Assembly: GCA_040219255.1 (NCBI GenBank)
Contig: JAVJSW010000042.1
Coordinates: forward strand, 179,529-243,528
Length of the DNA: 64,000 bases
Direction of reading: 5' to 3'
From: Sumerlaeia bacterium
GTDB taxonomy: Bacteria; Sumerlaeota; Sumerlaeia; SLMS01; JAHLLQ01
Positions 18,381 through 27,914 of this stretch are shown piece after piece (the stretch's first letter is position 1; the number at the start of each line of letters is the position of its first letter). Below the pieces are notes generated by a model. That model ran no database searches and was not told the DNA's origin. It saw nothing but the letters and a program-made list of their open reading frames with translations. Both the position numbers and the translations under genes were made by a program.

Positions 18381-19490
18381 ATGACCTTCCTTGAAATTGC
18401 ACAGATTTTGTTCGCCATACCGACCGCTCCCTATCGCGAGCAATGGATGAGCCGGGCGCTGCTAGAGATTCTGCGGTCCTGGAGCGATGTTGAGGTGGCG
18501 GAGGATCGCTGGGGAAACATTGTCGCGCGCCTGCGCCGCGGCGAGACCGGCTTGGCGCCCGTGGCCTACGTGGCCCACTTGGATCATCCCGGGGTGTTCG
18601 TCGAAACCGTTGACGGCTGCCGCGTTCAGGCGCGGTTCGAAGGCTTTGTGACGCCGGAGTTCCTGAAGGGAGCGGCGGTCCGTTTGTTCCGAAGTCCCGA
18701 CGATGCGGGGATTCGTGGCCAGATTTCCGAAGTTGGCGAACGCAACTGGCCCGGTCGGGAGCGGCGGATTGTGATCGAAGCCGAGTCGCCCGCCGAGGGC
18801 GCGGTCCTGGGAATGTTCGACTTGGAGCCGATTCGAATCGATGGCGACCGGCTCTGGGGGCGGGCGGTGGATGATTTGGGAGGCTGCGCGGCGATCCTGG
18901 CGGCACTGGCCTTGGCACGAGAAAGCCAGGAGCCGGTGGACCTTATCGCGGTGTTCACCCGGGCGGAAGAGGCGGGCTTCCGGGGAGCGTTGCTGCTTTG
19001 CGAGGAGGAGGCGGAAGCCCCGCGCCTGCTGCCGAGGGAGGCCTGGGTCATCAGCGTGGAAACCTCGAGCGCGCGGCCTCATGTGGCGGTGGGCGACGGG
19101 GCGGTGCTGCGCGTGGGCGACCGGCGCACGATATTCGATCCGGGGATCACCCTGGCGTTCGGCCAGGTAGGCGAGGCCATCGCCGAAGATTTGGGCTGCC
19201 GTCCTCTGGTCCGTGCTCTCATGGACGGCGGGACCTGTGAAGCAAGCGTTTTCAATCACGCGGGTTGGCGCAGCGGCGGCGTGTGTTTGCCGCTCGGCAA
19301 TTACCACAACATGAACCGCGAGAACGGCCGCATCGAAGAGGAATATGTCAGCCTGCGCGACGCGGAGGATGTCGTCCGGATGATGGCCAGCGTGGCTCTC
19401 CGCAGCGATCTGCGCCGGCGGGCGGCGGAGGAGATGGCCACGGAATTCCGGGAGTTGACGGAGGATGCCCGGAGCAAGTTGACGATCTGA
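18381..19490 (+). CDS. M42/M28-like zinc metallopeptidase (paralog 2)
   Basis: AHLDHPG, RAVDDLGG, FTRAEEAG, RALMDGGTCEA, YHNM; clearly homologous to 9116-10306. Confidence 0.8.
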   Translation: MTFLEIAQILFAIPTAPYREQWMSRALLEILRSWSDVEVAEDRWGNIVARLRRGETGLAPVAYVAHLDHPGVFVETVDGCRVQARFEGFVTPEFLKGAAVRLFRSPDDAGIRGQISEVGERNWPGRERRIVIEAESPAEGAVLGMFDLEPIRIDGDRLWGRAVDDLGGCAAILAALALARESQEPVDLIAVFTRAEEAGFRGALLLCEEEAEAPRLLPREAWVISVETSSARPHVAVGDGAVLRVGDRRTIFDPGITLAFGQVGEAIAEDLGCRPLVRALMDGGTCEASVFNHAGWRSGGVCLPLGNYHNMNRENGRIEEEYVSLRDAEDVVRMMASVALRSDLRRRAAEEMATEFRELTEDARSKLTI

Positions 19491-19596
19491 GAGGCCAAGG
19501 ACTCGGACAGATTAAAGCAAAAAACCGCGGTGCCAAAGGATGACCCCGCAGGTTTTCAAATTGTCTGTCTCGATCAATGGTCTCGACGCGGCTGGG

Positions 19597-20625
19597 TTAG
19601 CGGCCGACGATGGGACGGATGACTTGGCGCTCGCCGCTGGGACGCTGGCGGGGACGAGGAGTGATGGAAACTTCCACAGGGCCGTGGGTGGTTTCTTTGC
19701 CGTTCGTGTCGATGTCGACCAGCACATAGGTGCGGGTGTTGTCGGCCATGAGGGGCAGGGAGTCGATGAAGGAGTAAGACGCGCCCTGGGGGCTCTTGGC
19801 GGGGATCAGGCTGTCGTTCAGCTTGGTCACGACAGGCTCGTCGCCGATGCTGCCGGAGACGCGATAGAGGTCAAAGCCGAGGTTGTCGGTTTCCGTTTCG
19901 GTGGTCCAGGTGATCTGGACAGGACTGCGGCGCGAGTAGGTGGTGGCTTCGAAGCTGTTCAACTCCACCGCCAGCACGCTCTGGAAGAGGTTCGTGCGCT
20001 GGTTACTGCTGAGCGTGCCGGGGTCGCCGGGGTTCTGGAAGAACTCAAAGAGGATGTTGGTGTAAAGGGCGCCGGAGTAGAAGCCGCCGGGGCTGGCCGT
20101 ATTGTTGACGACGACCTGAAAGGTGAAGGTGCGGAATTCGCCCTGGGGGATGTCGGAGACTGCGGGGAAATTGCGACCGATGTCCAGATTGATGGCGTTG
20201 GGCTTGAAGAAGCTGGAATTCGACGTGGACTGAAGGGTGAAGCCACCGATCAGGGGATCGGGGTCGCTGAAGAAGCTCCCATTCACGTAGAAGAGCCCGG
20301 GAGGACCGGAGGCGAAGAGGCTGGTGCCCGTGGAGTCTGATGTGGGGAGCGTCACGCGGAGGCCGGAGGGAGCGGTACCGTTCGAGTTGCCTGGGTTCTG
20401 CAGGAAGCGAAGGTCGTTGCCGGCGCCGTTGTTACGGACGCGGACGGTGACGGTGGAGGGGGAGCCGGCGACAACGGGTTGGGGGCTCACGATGAAGTCG
20501 CCCAGGGTGGCGTCGGTATCGGCCTGGGCGGCCTGACCGAAGGCTTCCTTCTGGGGCAGGGCGACGGCCAGCAAAAGGCTGACGGCGGAGAAGGCGAAGA
20601 ATTTTGCAAAGCTCTGGATTTTCAC
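19597..20625 (-). CDS. Secreted protein with Ig-like N-terminal domain and C-terminal 'VELxxF' beta domain
   Basis: Signal peptide; AVELNSFEA...ITWTTETETDNLGFDLYR...YSFID...THGP. GTG start after AAGGA. Confidence 0.7.
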   Translation of the reverse strand: MKIQSFAKFFAFSAVSLLLAVALPQKEAFGQAAQADTDATLGDFIVSPQPVVAGSPSTVTVRVRNNGAGNDLRFLQNPGNSNGTAPSGLRVTLPTSDSTGTSLFASGPPGLFYVNGSFFSDPDPLIGGFTLQSTSNSSFFKPNAINLDIGRNFPAVSDIPQGEFRTFTFQVVVNNTASPGGFYSGALYTNILFEFFQNPGDPGTLSSNQRTNLFQSVLAVELNSFEATTYSRRSPVQITWTTETETDNLGFDLYRVSGSIGDEPVVTKLNDSLIPAKSPQGASYSFIDSLPLMADNTRTYVLVDIDTNGKETTHGPVEVSITPRPRQRPSGERQVIRPIVGR

Positions 20626-20799
20626 GATTTTGTATTCCTTCGTCGTAAAGATTAGGAGGGGTACTTGTGTCCAATGATGACTACTAACAGACGAATACTA
20701 CGACGTCCCGCAGTCCGAATCCACCCCTTTTTTTCAATATGTCACGTTCGGGTGTCAGTTTTCCCCCACAGAGGGTCACCAGTATCGCGTGGTAAACCG

Positions 20800-22368
20800 C
20801 TAAATTTCGCTCTGGCCGGAAAGTCGGCGCTTCACGATGGAGACGACTTGTTCGGCGGGGACGCGCTCTTGCTCCATGGTGTCGCGTTCGCGGACTGTCA
20901 CTTTTTGATCAGTCAGAGACTCGACGTCCACCGTGATGCAGAAAGGAGTCCCGATCTCATCCTGGCGGCGGTAGAGCTTCCCGATGGCTCCGGTGTCGTC
21001 GTATACGGCGGTCATGTTCCTCTTCAGATCGAGGGTGATTTTCTGTGCCATCTCAACCAGATCCGGCCGATTGGCGAGGAGGGGCAGAACGGCGGCCTTG
21101 ATGGGGGCCAAATCGGGATGAAGAGCAAGGACGATGCGTTTGCGTTCTTTGACTTCTTCTTCGCGATAGGCGTCGCACAGGAAGGCAAGCGTTGCACGAT
21201 CCGCGCCAGCGGACGGTTCGATGACGTACGGTGTGTAGTGGGTTTCTTTGGCGGGATCGAAGTAGCGCAGGTCCTTGCCGCTGAATTCCATGTGGCGGGA
21301 GAGGTCGTAGTTGCCGCGATGGGCGATGCCTTCGAGTTCCTGCCAACCGATGGGGAAGAGGTACTCGACGTCGCAGCAGGCGCCGGAATAGTGGGCCAAT
21401 TCATCGTCGTCGTGGTGCCGCAGCCGAAGATTTCGCGGATCGATGCCATAGCGCGTGTACCAGTTATAGCGCTCGGCGAACCAGTACTCGTACCACTCCA
21501 TGTCCTTGCGCTCGCCGTCCTGGCAGAACTCGGCGGGTTTGCAGAAGAACTCCAGCTCCATCTGCTCGAACTCGCGGGTGCGGAAGATAAAGTTACGCGG
21601 AGTGATTTCATTGCGGAAGCTCTTGCCCTGCTGGGCGATGCCAAAGGGCAGCTTGCGGCGGGCGGTGGCCTGGACGTTGCCGAAGTTGACGAAGATGCCC
21701 TGGGCGGTTTCGGGGCGAAGGTAAACGCGGGCGCCGCGTTCTTCAACGGGGCCGACAATGGTGGAGAGCATGAGGTTGAATTGGCGGGGTTCGGTGAGGC
21801 GGCCGCCGTCGTCGGGGCTGAACTTGCCTCGGGTGGTGGAGCCTTCCACTTCCTCGATTTTGACCCGCTTGTCTTGCAGATTGAGAGCTTTTTCCCACCA
21901 GTCCTTGTAGAACTGCTTCGCTTTCTTTTTGGTGTCGGCCCAAATTTCGGCGTTGGGAATGGTGACCGGATTGTCGGCGTCGGTGACATCGATGATTTGG
22001 TAGCGGGTGGCGTCGGTTTCTTCGACGTGGTCGGCGCGGTAGCGCTTCTTGGACGGCCCGAGGGTGTCGGCGAGGGGATCGCTGAAGTTTTCGACGTGGC
22101 CGCTGGCTTCCCAGGCGCGGGGGTTCATAAGGAGGGCGGCGTCGATACCTTCGACGTCGAAGCGCTCCTGCACCATGGCGCGCCACCAGGCGTCCTTGAC
22201 GTTGCGTTTGAGGAGGGCGCCGATGGGACCGTAGTCGAAGGTGCCCTGGAGCCCGCCGTAGATTTCCGAGCCGGGGAAAATGATACCGCGCCGCTTGCAG
22301 AGCGACACGATGGTATCCATCGTGAGGTCGTCGGTGCGGGTTTGCCGCTCTTCGTTCACAGTCGTCAT
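20800..22368 (-). CDS. glyQS: Glycine--tRNA ligase (homodimeric GlyQS type)
   Basis: LCKRRG...EIYGG...DYGP, YLRPETAQGIF, KSFRNEITP, FRTREFEQME, LAHYS, IGKLYRRQDEIGTPFCITVD. Confidence 0.96.
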   Translation of the reverse strand: MTTVNEERQTRTDDLTMDTIVSLCKRRGIIFPGSEIYGGLQGTFDYGPIGALLKRNVKDAWWRAMVQERFDVEGIDAALLMNPRAWEASGHVENFSDPLADTLGPSKKRYRADHVEETDATRYQIIDVTDADNPVTIPNAEIWADTKKKAKQFYKDWWEKALNLQDKRVKIEEVEGSTTRGKFSPDDGGRLTEPRQFNLMLSTIVGPVEERGARVYLRPETAQGIFVNFGNVQATARRKLPFGIAQQGKSFRNEITPRNFIFRTREFEQMELEFFCKPAEFCQDGERKDMEWYEYWFAERYNWYTRYGIDPRNLRLRHHDDDELAHYSGACCDVEYLFPIGWQELEGIAHRGNYDLSRHMEFSGKDLRYFDPAKETHYTPYVIEPSAGADRATLAFLCDAYREEEVKERKRIVLALHPDLAPIKAAVLPLLANRPDLVEMAQKITLDLKRNMTAVYDDTGAIGKLYRRQDEIGTPFCITVDVESLTDQKVTVRERDTMEQERVPAEQVVSIVKRRLSGQSEI

Positions 22369-22641
22369 CGTTTGCTATCTCGATCCGAGGGGACTATTCC
22401 TCCCAAGGGCGCCGTGGCCGTTTTCTGGGGGGAGGTCCTTTTGGGGGGAAGCGGCCTGGCGACGCCACGGGAAAAATGGGATTGGGATCAGGGTTTTTAT
22501 AAACGACGGGATTTGTGCCGGAGCCGGGCTGGAGACAAGCCGCCCCCACAGGGAACGGAAAGTCCCCCCGACGCCGAATTTGCGTGGAGGGGCCGCAGGG
22601 GGAAGTTGAGTTGACCGTCGAGCGCCTCGCGATGCGTCTCG

Positions 22642-23676
22642 CTACTCAATATCGAGGCGCCGGACCTCGACATCCAGCAGTTCGATCACCGCATTGGCGT
22701 CGTCGGACGAGTCGAAATTGAGGATATCGAACGACAGAAACAGTTGGTTGGCGTCCGCGGGTTGTTCCCAGATCAGGTGGTAAGTCGCGGGCCTCCCGTC
22801 GGCAGGGGGCGAGATCGATGGGGTGCCAACGCTCTCGATGGGGAGCGTGGCGGCCTGGCGAAACTGGCCTTCGTTGATTCGTGGACGGAACTGGGGTGCG
22901 GCGAAGGGGTCGTCGTTGAGATAGCCGTTGGTACGGAACCTCCAATTGACCTCGAGGAGTTCGCCGGCGGGGACGTCGATGGGGGGAGAGGACCAGAAAC
23001 CGAAGCAGAACACGGAGCCAGCTGGGGTCAGGGTAATGCCATCGCTGGTCGTGCCGGAGACGGGACCGTCGAAGGGTCCGAGGGGGCCCTGGGTGGCGAT
23101 CCAGTTATCCGTGTCTCCATTGTCGAAGAGGGCTCGATAGACGAGAGTTGGGTCTGTTGTGCCGCCTTGGCAAGTCACGTTGATCCCGGCATCGTTGATG
23201 TAGGTTCCGGGAGCGTTTTCCGTGAATGCGCGGATAAACGTCGCGAAATTTCCGGGTTCGACCAGTTTGGCGCCTTGAATGTTGTCTTTGTTGGTGCGGA
23301 AGACGAGGCTCATGATCGGGCCTGGCTCGATCGCCTTCGGGGTCAGAGAGTCGATTTCGCGGTTGAAGCTCGCTTCCAAGAAGCCGTCGCTATCGGCGGA
23401 GACATCGAAGACCATCGAGTCGCTTTGGGCGGCGAATTCGGGCGCCACTTCATGGCGGCGAAACTCGAAGTCAACTGTCGAAAAATCGAAGGAAACGCCG
23501 ATGTTGTTGGCAAGAAAGTCGTTGGCGCTGACGGCGATCCCAACGCGGAACTCCTGGCCAGCGCCGCAAGGGACGGGGTCCTGGAGTGTGAATGTGATCG
23601 AATTCGCGGCATGCGATGTGGCAAAGAGGAAGAGGCATGCAATGGCGCACAGAATCAGATGCGGTAGAGTTTTCAT
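22642..23676 (-). CDS. Secreted protein, cohesin-like N-terminal domain plus uncharacterised C-terminal beta domain (paralog B)
   Basis: Signal peptide; long colinear similarity to 23755-24810 (CFGFW.SP, APQ.RPRINE..FRQ, SPPADG.PATY, EL.DVEVR.LD). Confidence 0.75.
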   Translation of the reverse strand: MKTLPHLILCAIACLFLFATSHAANSITFTLQDPVPCGAGQEFRVGIAVSANDFLANNIGVSFDFSTVDFEFRRHEVAPEFAAQSDSMVFDVSADSDGFLEASFNREIDSLTPKAIEPGPIMSLVFRTNKDNIQGAKLVEPGNFATFIRAFTENAPGTYINDAGINVTCQGGTTDPTLVYRALFDNGDTDNWIATQGPLGPFDGPVSGTTSDGITLTPAGSVFCFGFWSSPPIDVPAGELLEVNWRFRTNGYLNDDPFAAPQFRPRINEGQFRQAATLPIESVGTPSISPPADGRPATYHLIWEQPADANQLFLSFDILNFDSSDDANAVIELLDVEVRRLDIE

Positions 23677-23754
23677 AAGTGGGGAACCTTTTCCGAGGGA
23701 GGCGGCAGGGGGCTGGCTGCGGGGTGAGAGCGGAGACGAGAAGACGGGGCGCGT

Positions 23755-24810
23755 CTATTCGGTGCAGTCAAGGAGGCGGACCTCCACATCCATCAACTCC
23801 ATCGTGGCATTCGTATCGTCGAATGGCGAAACGCTGAGCATATCGAAGGCAAGGAATATTTGCCCCGAATCGGGGGGCTGATTCCAGTACATTCGGTAGG
23901 TTGCGGGGGTTCCGTCCGCCGGCGGCGAGAGTGAGGGAAAAGCGGTGCTCTCGACCGGTAGCGTTTGGGACTGGCGAAACTTGACTTCATTGATGCGTGG
24001 GCGGACTTGTGGAGCGAGGAGGGCGTCGTCGTTCTCGTAGCCCTGTGTTCGAATCCGCCAGGTGACAACCATCCGTGTGCCAGGAGGAACGTTGATTGTG
24101 GGCGATCCCCAGAACCCGAAGCAAGTCGAAGAGCCATTGGCGTTGAGCCCGATGCCCTCCGCCGAGGTGCTGGAAACGGTTCCGTCGAGTTCGCCCACAT
24201 CGCCAACTGTCGGGAACCATTCGAAGACATTATCGGCGGAGAAATCGGCTTTGTAGACGAGACAGGGATCGAGTTCTCCCCCGCCTCCGCAGGTGATGAC
24301 TTCCGTTTCCGTGATGTCGAAGCGCGCGTTTGTCGCGATCGTTCCCCCGCGAAGGGCGGTGATGTTGCCTTCTCGAACGTCGATCAAGCGGGTGTTCTGG
24401 ATGTCAGCCCGCCTGGTTCGGAAAACCACGTTGGCGATCGGTCCGGTTTCGATGGGAAGCGGATCGGGGAAGGTCATGACGTCGCGGGAGAAGGCGATGC
24501 CGTACTCACCGAATTCCGAGCCGCCTGATGCGCCAAGGGTTGCATCGCTTTGGTTTAGGAATTCCGGAGCCCCCTCCGTGCGCACGTACTCGAATTCGCC
24601 GGGCAGGTACTTGACTGTCAGTGAGACATTGTTCACTCCCAGGGTGTTCTCGGTCAGGATCACGCCGACCGTGAACTCTTCACCGACCTCGCAGGGGACG
24701 GGTTGGGGCAGAGAGAATTTGAAAACTTCCGCGGCGGGCGCCGGGGAAATCACGAACCATGAAAAGAGGATGGCGAGGAGTCGCGCCGGGGTTGAACGTT
24801 GGACAGGCAT
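23755..24810 (-). CDS. Secreted protein, cohesin-like N-terminal domain plus uncharacterised C-terminal beta domain (paralog A)
   Basis: GGAGG RBS; signal peptide; tandem paralog of 22642-23676. Confidence 0.75.
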   Translation of the reverse strand: MPVQRSTPARLLAILFSWFVISPAPAAEVFKFSLPQPVPCEVGEEFTVGVILTENTLGVNNVSLTVKYLPGEFEYVRTEGAPEFLNQSDATLGASGGSEFGEYGIAFSRDVMTFPDPLPIETGPIANVVFRTRRADIQNTRLIDVREGNITALRGGTIATNARFDITETEVITCGGGGELDPCLVYKADFSADNVFEWFPTVGDVGELDGTVSSTSAEGIGLNANGSSTCFGFWGSPTINVPPGTRMVVTWRIRTQGYENDDALLAPQVRPRINEVKFRQSQTLPVESTAFPSLSPPADGTPATYRMYWNQPPDSGQIFLAFDMLSVSPFDDTNATMELMDVEVRLLDCTE

Positions 24811-24968
24811 GTCTGCCTCCCCCCTTGTTACGCAGGATTTCTCTAGTAATGAGAATCCTGACGGTCCATTCGCGTTATCACACGGTCAAGGAAAAAGAAA
24901 AGACTGTTCTGATCTTGTATTGGAATTGATATTGGATCCGGCTCGATACCGGCGCGGCTCGATGTGAC

Positions 24969-26255
24969 TTATCGATTGGCGCTGTGTTGCACGATTCGGT
25001 CGCGGACGGAGCTGGTTTCTGCGCCGAATGCGAGGCGTTCCTCAGGCGGGAAGTGGGCCCGGTTGCGGATGGCTTCCTGGAGAGGCTTGAAGTCTTCGTC
25101 GTCCCAATTGATGCCCAGATAGGCCATGAGGCGGCCTTCCTGAAAGTAAAGGTCCAAGCACCTCAGGGCCTCCATATCGCCCGCCGTCACGACTTCATCG
25201 TATTTCTTGTGGTTTCCGGCCATGTCGAAATGCAGGCCGAAGAGGTCGCTCCAGATGTAAGTCAGGTGGTTGTGGGGTTCGAGGTCGCGGTTGAGGACGG
25301 CACGGGCCATGTTCCGACCCGCCGCGCAGCCGAGTTCGTCGGCGGTGCCCCAGTGCTCGACGCGGCGGCGGGTGTCGAAGAGCGGGTCGTACCAGTTGGC
25401 GATGTCGCCCGCGATGAAGAGGTCCGGATTGTCCACGGACCGCATGAATTCATCGACCTGAAAGCCGTTGTCGGCCACGAGTCCGGCTTGCTCGAGGAGT
25501 TCCGTGTTGGGTTCGATGCCGATGGCGACGACCACCATGTCGGCGGGGATTTCGCGGCCGCGGTCTGTGATGACGCGGCTGACGCGGCCGTTGCCTTCCA
25601 GGGAAGTGACCTTCTCGCCGGTGATGACGCGGGTTCCCTGGGATTCCATGTGGGCGGCGACACGGTGGGCGAGTTCCTTGCGCAGGAATTTCGGATGGAC
25701 CTGATCCTTGTTAGAGATGACGCTGGTGGAGATGTCGTGCTCGGCGAGGGAGTGGGCGATTTCGCAGCCGATGTAGGCGCCGCCGACGATGACGGCTCGG
25801 CGGGCGCCCTCGCGATGGGCGAAGTCGCGGATGTGCTCGGAGTCCTTGACGCTGCGCAGGGTGAAGACGCCCTCGAGCGTGGCGCCGGGGCCTGGGAAGG
25901 GCTTGGCGCGGCCGCCGGTGGCGACGAGGGCCTTATCGTAATTGACCCGGGTGCCGTCGCTGAGGATGGCGGTCTTGCCCGCCAGATTCATGGCGGTGAC
26001 GGAGGTGCCGAGAACGAACTGGATGTTGTGCGTTTCGTAGAATTCGAGCGGTTTGAAGCGCACGATATCGTGGTCGCGGCTGTGGCCGCGCATGTACTTC
26101 TTGGAGAGTGGCGGCCTGCTGTAGGGCAGTTCGTCTTCTTTGCAGACGAGCAGGACGGCTCCCTCCTGGTCTTCTTCACGGATGGACTCGGCGGCCCGTT
26201 CGCAGGCGATTCCGCCGCCGACCAGCAGGTAGGTGACATCGTGGGTGGTACTCAT
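24969..26255 (-). CDS. FAD/NAD(P)H-dependent ferredoxin-reductase-like oxidoreductase
   Basis: LLVGGGIA, PYSRPPLSK, ATGG, IVGGAYIGCE, FIAGDIA, RVEHW, WSDLF. Confidence 0.9.
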   Translation of the reverse strand: MSTTHDVTYLLVGGGIACERAAESIREEDQEGAVLLVCKEDELPYSRPPLSKKYMRGHSRDHDIVRFKPLEFYETHNIQFVLGTSVTAMNLAGKTAILSDGTRVNYDKALVATGGRAKPFPGPGATLEGVFTLRSVKDSEHIRDFAHREGARRAVIVGGAYIGCEIAHSLAEHDISTSVISNKDQVHPKFLRKELAHRVAAHMESQGTRVITGEKVTSLEGNGRVSRVITDRGREIPADMVVVAIGIEPNTELLEQAGLVADNGFQVDEFMRSVDNPDLFIAGDIANWYDPLFDTRRRVEHWGTADELGCAAGRNMARAVLNRDLEPHNHLTYIWSDLFGLHFDMAGNHKKYDEVVTAGDMEALRCLDLYFQEGRLMAYLGINWDDEDFKPLQEAIRNRAHFPPEERLAFGAETSSVRDRIVQHSANR

Positions 26256-26349
26256 GGTGAATTCCGCTCCTTCGCGCAGGACTTCTTAGGAGCGGAAGGA
26301 AACAAGAGGCGTACCGCCAAAGGTTCGGCACCCGGCGGAGGCGCCGCGG

Positions 26350-27444
26350 TCAGCTTTTCCTGACCGACCGGAAATACAACCCGCCGATCAGCCCCAAGAC
26401 CGCGAGAAGTACGGGGGCGAGCCAGCGAAGGGGGGCGGTTTTTTTGGGCTTAGCGCTGGTGGGCTGTGGCAGGGATTGTGCGGTGGCGGCGGCCTCGGGG
26501 GCGGGCGCTGGGCTTTCTGATTCCGCGGCGGGCGCGGCAAAGTCGGGTGTCGCGGCGGCGAGGGTGAGGTCGGCGTCGCCAAGGGCTTCCTCGATTTCGT
26601 GGACGTCGCGGCGCATTTCCCACGGGGGCGTTCCGAAGTCGCCCTGCACCACTTCCCCGGAAGTCCAGTCCTCGTAGGCCCGGCCCTTTTCGAAGGCGGG
26701 TTTGAGGATCGTGTCCGGGGGGAGGGCTTTGAAGTCGAGGACGGTGAGTGAGCCGCTGAACGACGGAGACAAATCTTTGAAATCGAGAAACTTGAACGTG
26801 ACGCGCCGCGGGAAAAAAATTTCTTCCCCATCTCTATGAAGGACGTCCCAATCTTCGAAAGTGAAGTCCTTGATGATGTTTCCGTTGGCTTCGCCCTGAT
26901 AGCGAACGGGTAGTTTCCAGTCCTCATCGAAATAATACATTTGTGCGAGGGAGAATTTCTTTGACTGCAAGCGGATCATTCGATTAGGCTGCTCCACTTT
27001 TTCTAGATACGATTTATCTCGAACGGACTTGACTGTCCTATATCCGAGGAAGTCGGACAACGTCCTAATTCCCGTGTAATTGAGATTGTCCGGTTCCTTC
27101 TTCTCAATAACCACGACGCTATCCAACCCACCTTCCCCGATAAAATCCCAGGTGTTTTCTCCGTCGTAGTAGGAGACCATTTCGAGCGCTTCATCGCGGT
27201 TGTTTTCCTCAAGAGTCCATATACGACGGCGAAACATTCTCTCGCCGCCCTCTTTAATGGACAGGTTGACATCGGTGACGATTCCGAGATCGCCTACGAG
27301 GGTGAAGTCGATGGCTAAGTATTCCAATTTCCTTTCGTCGAAGCGCTCCAAGTAGTTGGACAGGACGGTTTCGCCGTCTTGAGCGAAGGCGGAGGGAATA
27401 CAGAACATTGCCAGGCCAGCAAGCAGGATGAGGCAAGTTTTCAT
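26350..27444 (-). CDS. Secreted protein, LolA/lipoprotein-sorting-like beta fold, with Pro/Ala linker and C-terminal TM anchor
   Basis: Signal peptide (AFA/Q); YYFDEDWKLPVRY...FEDW...FFPRRVT pattern; ends LAPVLLAVLGLIGGLYFRSVRKS. Fold assignment is inference. Confidence 0.65.
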   Translation of the reverse strand: MKTCLILLAGLAMFCIPSAFAQDGETVLSNYLERFDERKLEYLAIDFTLVGDLGIVTDVNLSIKEGGERMFRRRIWTLEENNRDEALEMVSYYDGENTWDFIGEGGLDSVVVIEKKEPDNLNYTGIRTLSDFLGYRTVKSVRDKSYLEKVEQPNRMIRLQSKKFSLAQMYYFDEDWKLPVRYQGEANGNIIKDFTFEDWDVLHRDGEEIFFPRRVTFKFLDFKDLSPSFSGSLTVLDFKALPPDTILKPAFEKGRAYEDWTSGEVVQGDFGTPPWEMRRDVHEIEEALGDADLTLAAATPDFAAPAAESESPAPAPEAAATAQSLPQPTSAKPKKTAPLRWLAPVLLAVLGLIGGLYFRSVRKS

Positions 27445-27551
27445 GATGAGTACCAAACTGGAAGCCTCCAGGCCGCTGCCAAGGATGGCGCCTGGAGTCG
27501 TTCATAGAAAAAGTGAAAGCGGCCAGTGATTTGCAGAGTATGGATCTGAGT

Positions 27552-27914
27552 TTAGCTCGACGATTTGCACGCTTTGTAGGACAAGGAAATGTGGCCATTC
27601 AGAAGTACCTTGCGCTGACAAGTCTCATCTTCTTCACTGACTTCAAGTTTGCACAACAAAATATGGGTACACGACTTCGCCTTGCCGATCGTCTCGCAAG
27701 CCCCGGCGCCGCCGTTGCATTCGTGACCCGTCGTGCCCGCGTAGGTTACGTCAAGTTCGCAGTTGGGATATTCAAGACTCACAGTCTCGCACTTGCCGCA
27801 TTGGGCACTGCCGGACTTACTACATTTGCAGGAGGCATACGCCTCGAGGACGGGAAGCGAAACGAACGCGGGGGCGAGGAGAACGATGGGGATGAGGGAC
27901 GTGTAGGTCTTCAA
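27552..27914 (-). CDS. Small secreted cysteine-rich protein (11 Cys)
   Basis: Probable TTG start at 27914 after AAAGG; hydrophobic signal ending AYA; ~93-aa mature region with 11 Cys. Confidence 0.65.
   Translation of the reverse strand: MKTYTSLIPIVLLAPAFVSLPVLEAYASCKCSKSGSAQCGKCETVSLEYPNCELDVTYAGTTGHECNGGAGACETIGKAKSCTHILLCKLEVSEEDETCQRKVLLNGHISLSYKACKSSS

Noticed and set aside
22369-22641. Possible T-box or riboswitch upstream of glyQS
   Set aside because: No T-box consensus or recognisable terminator/antiterminator seen; only G/C runs.
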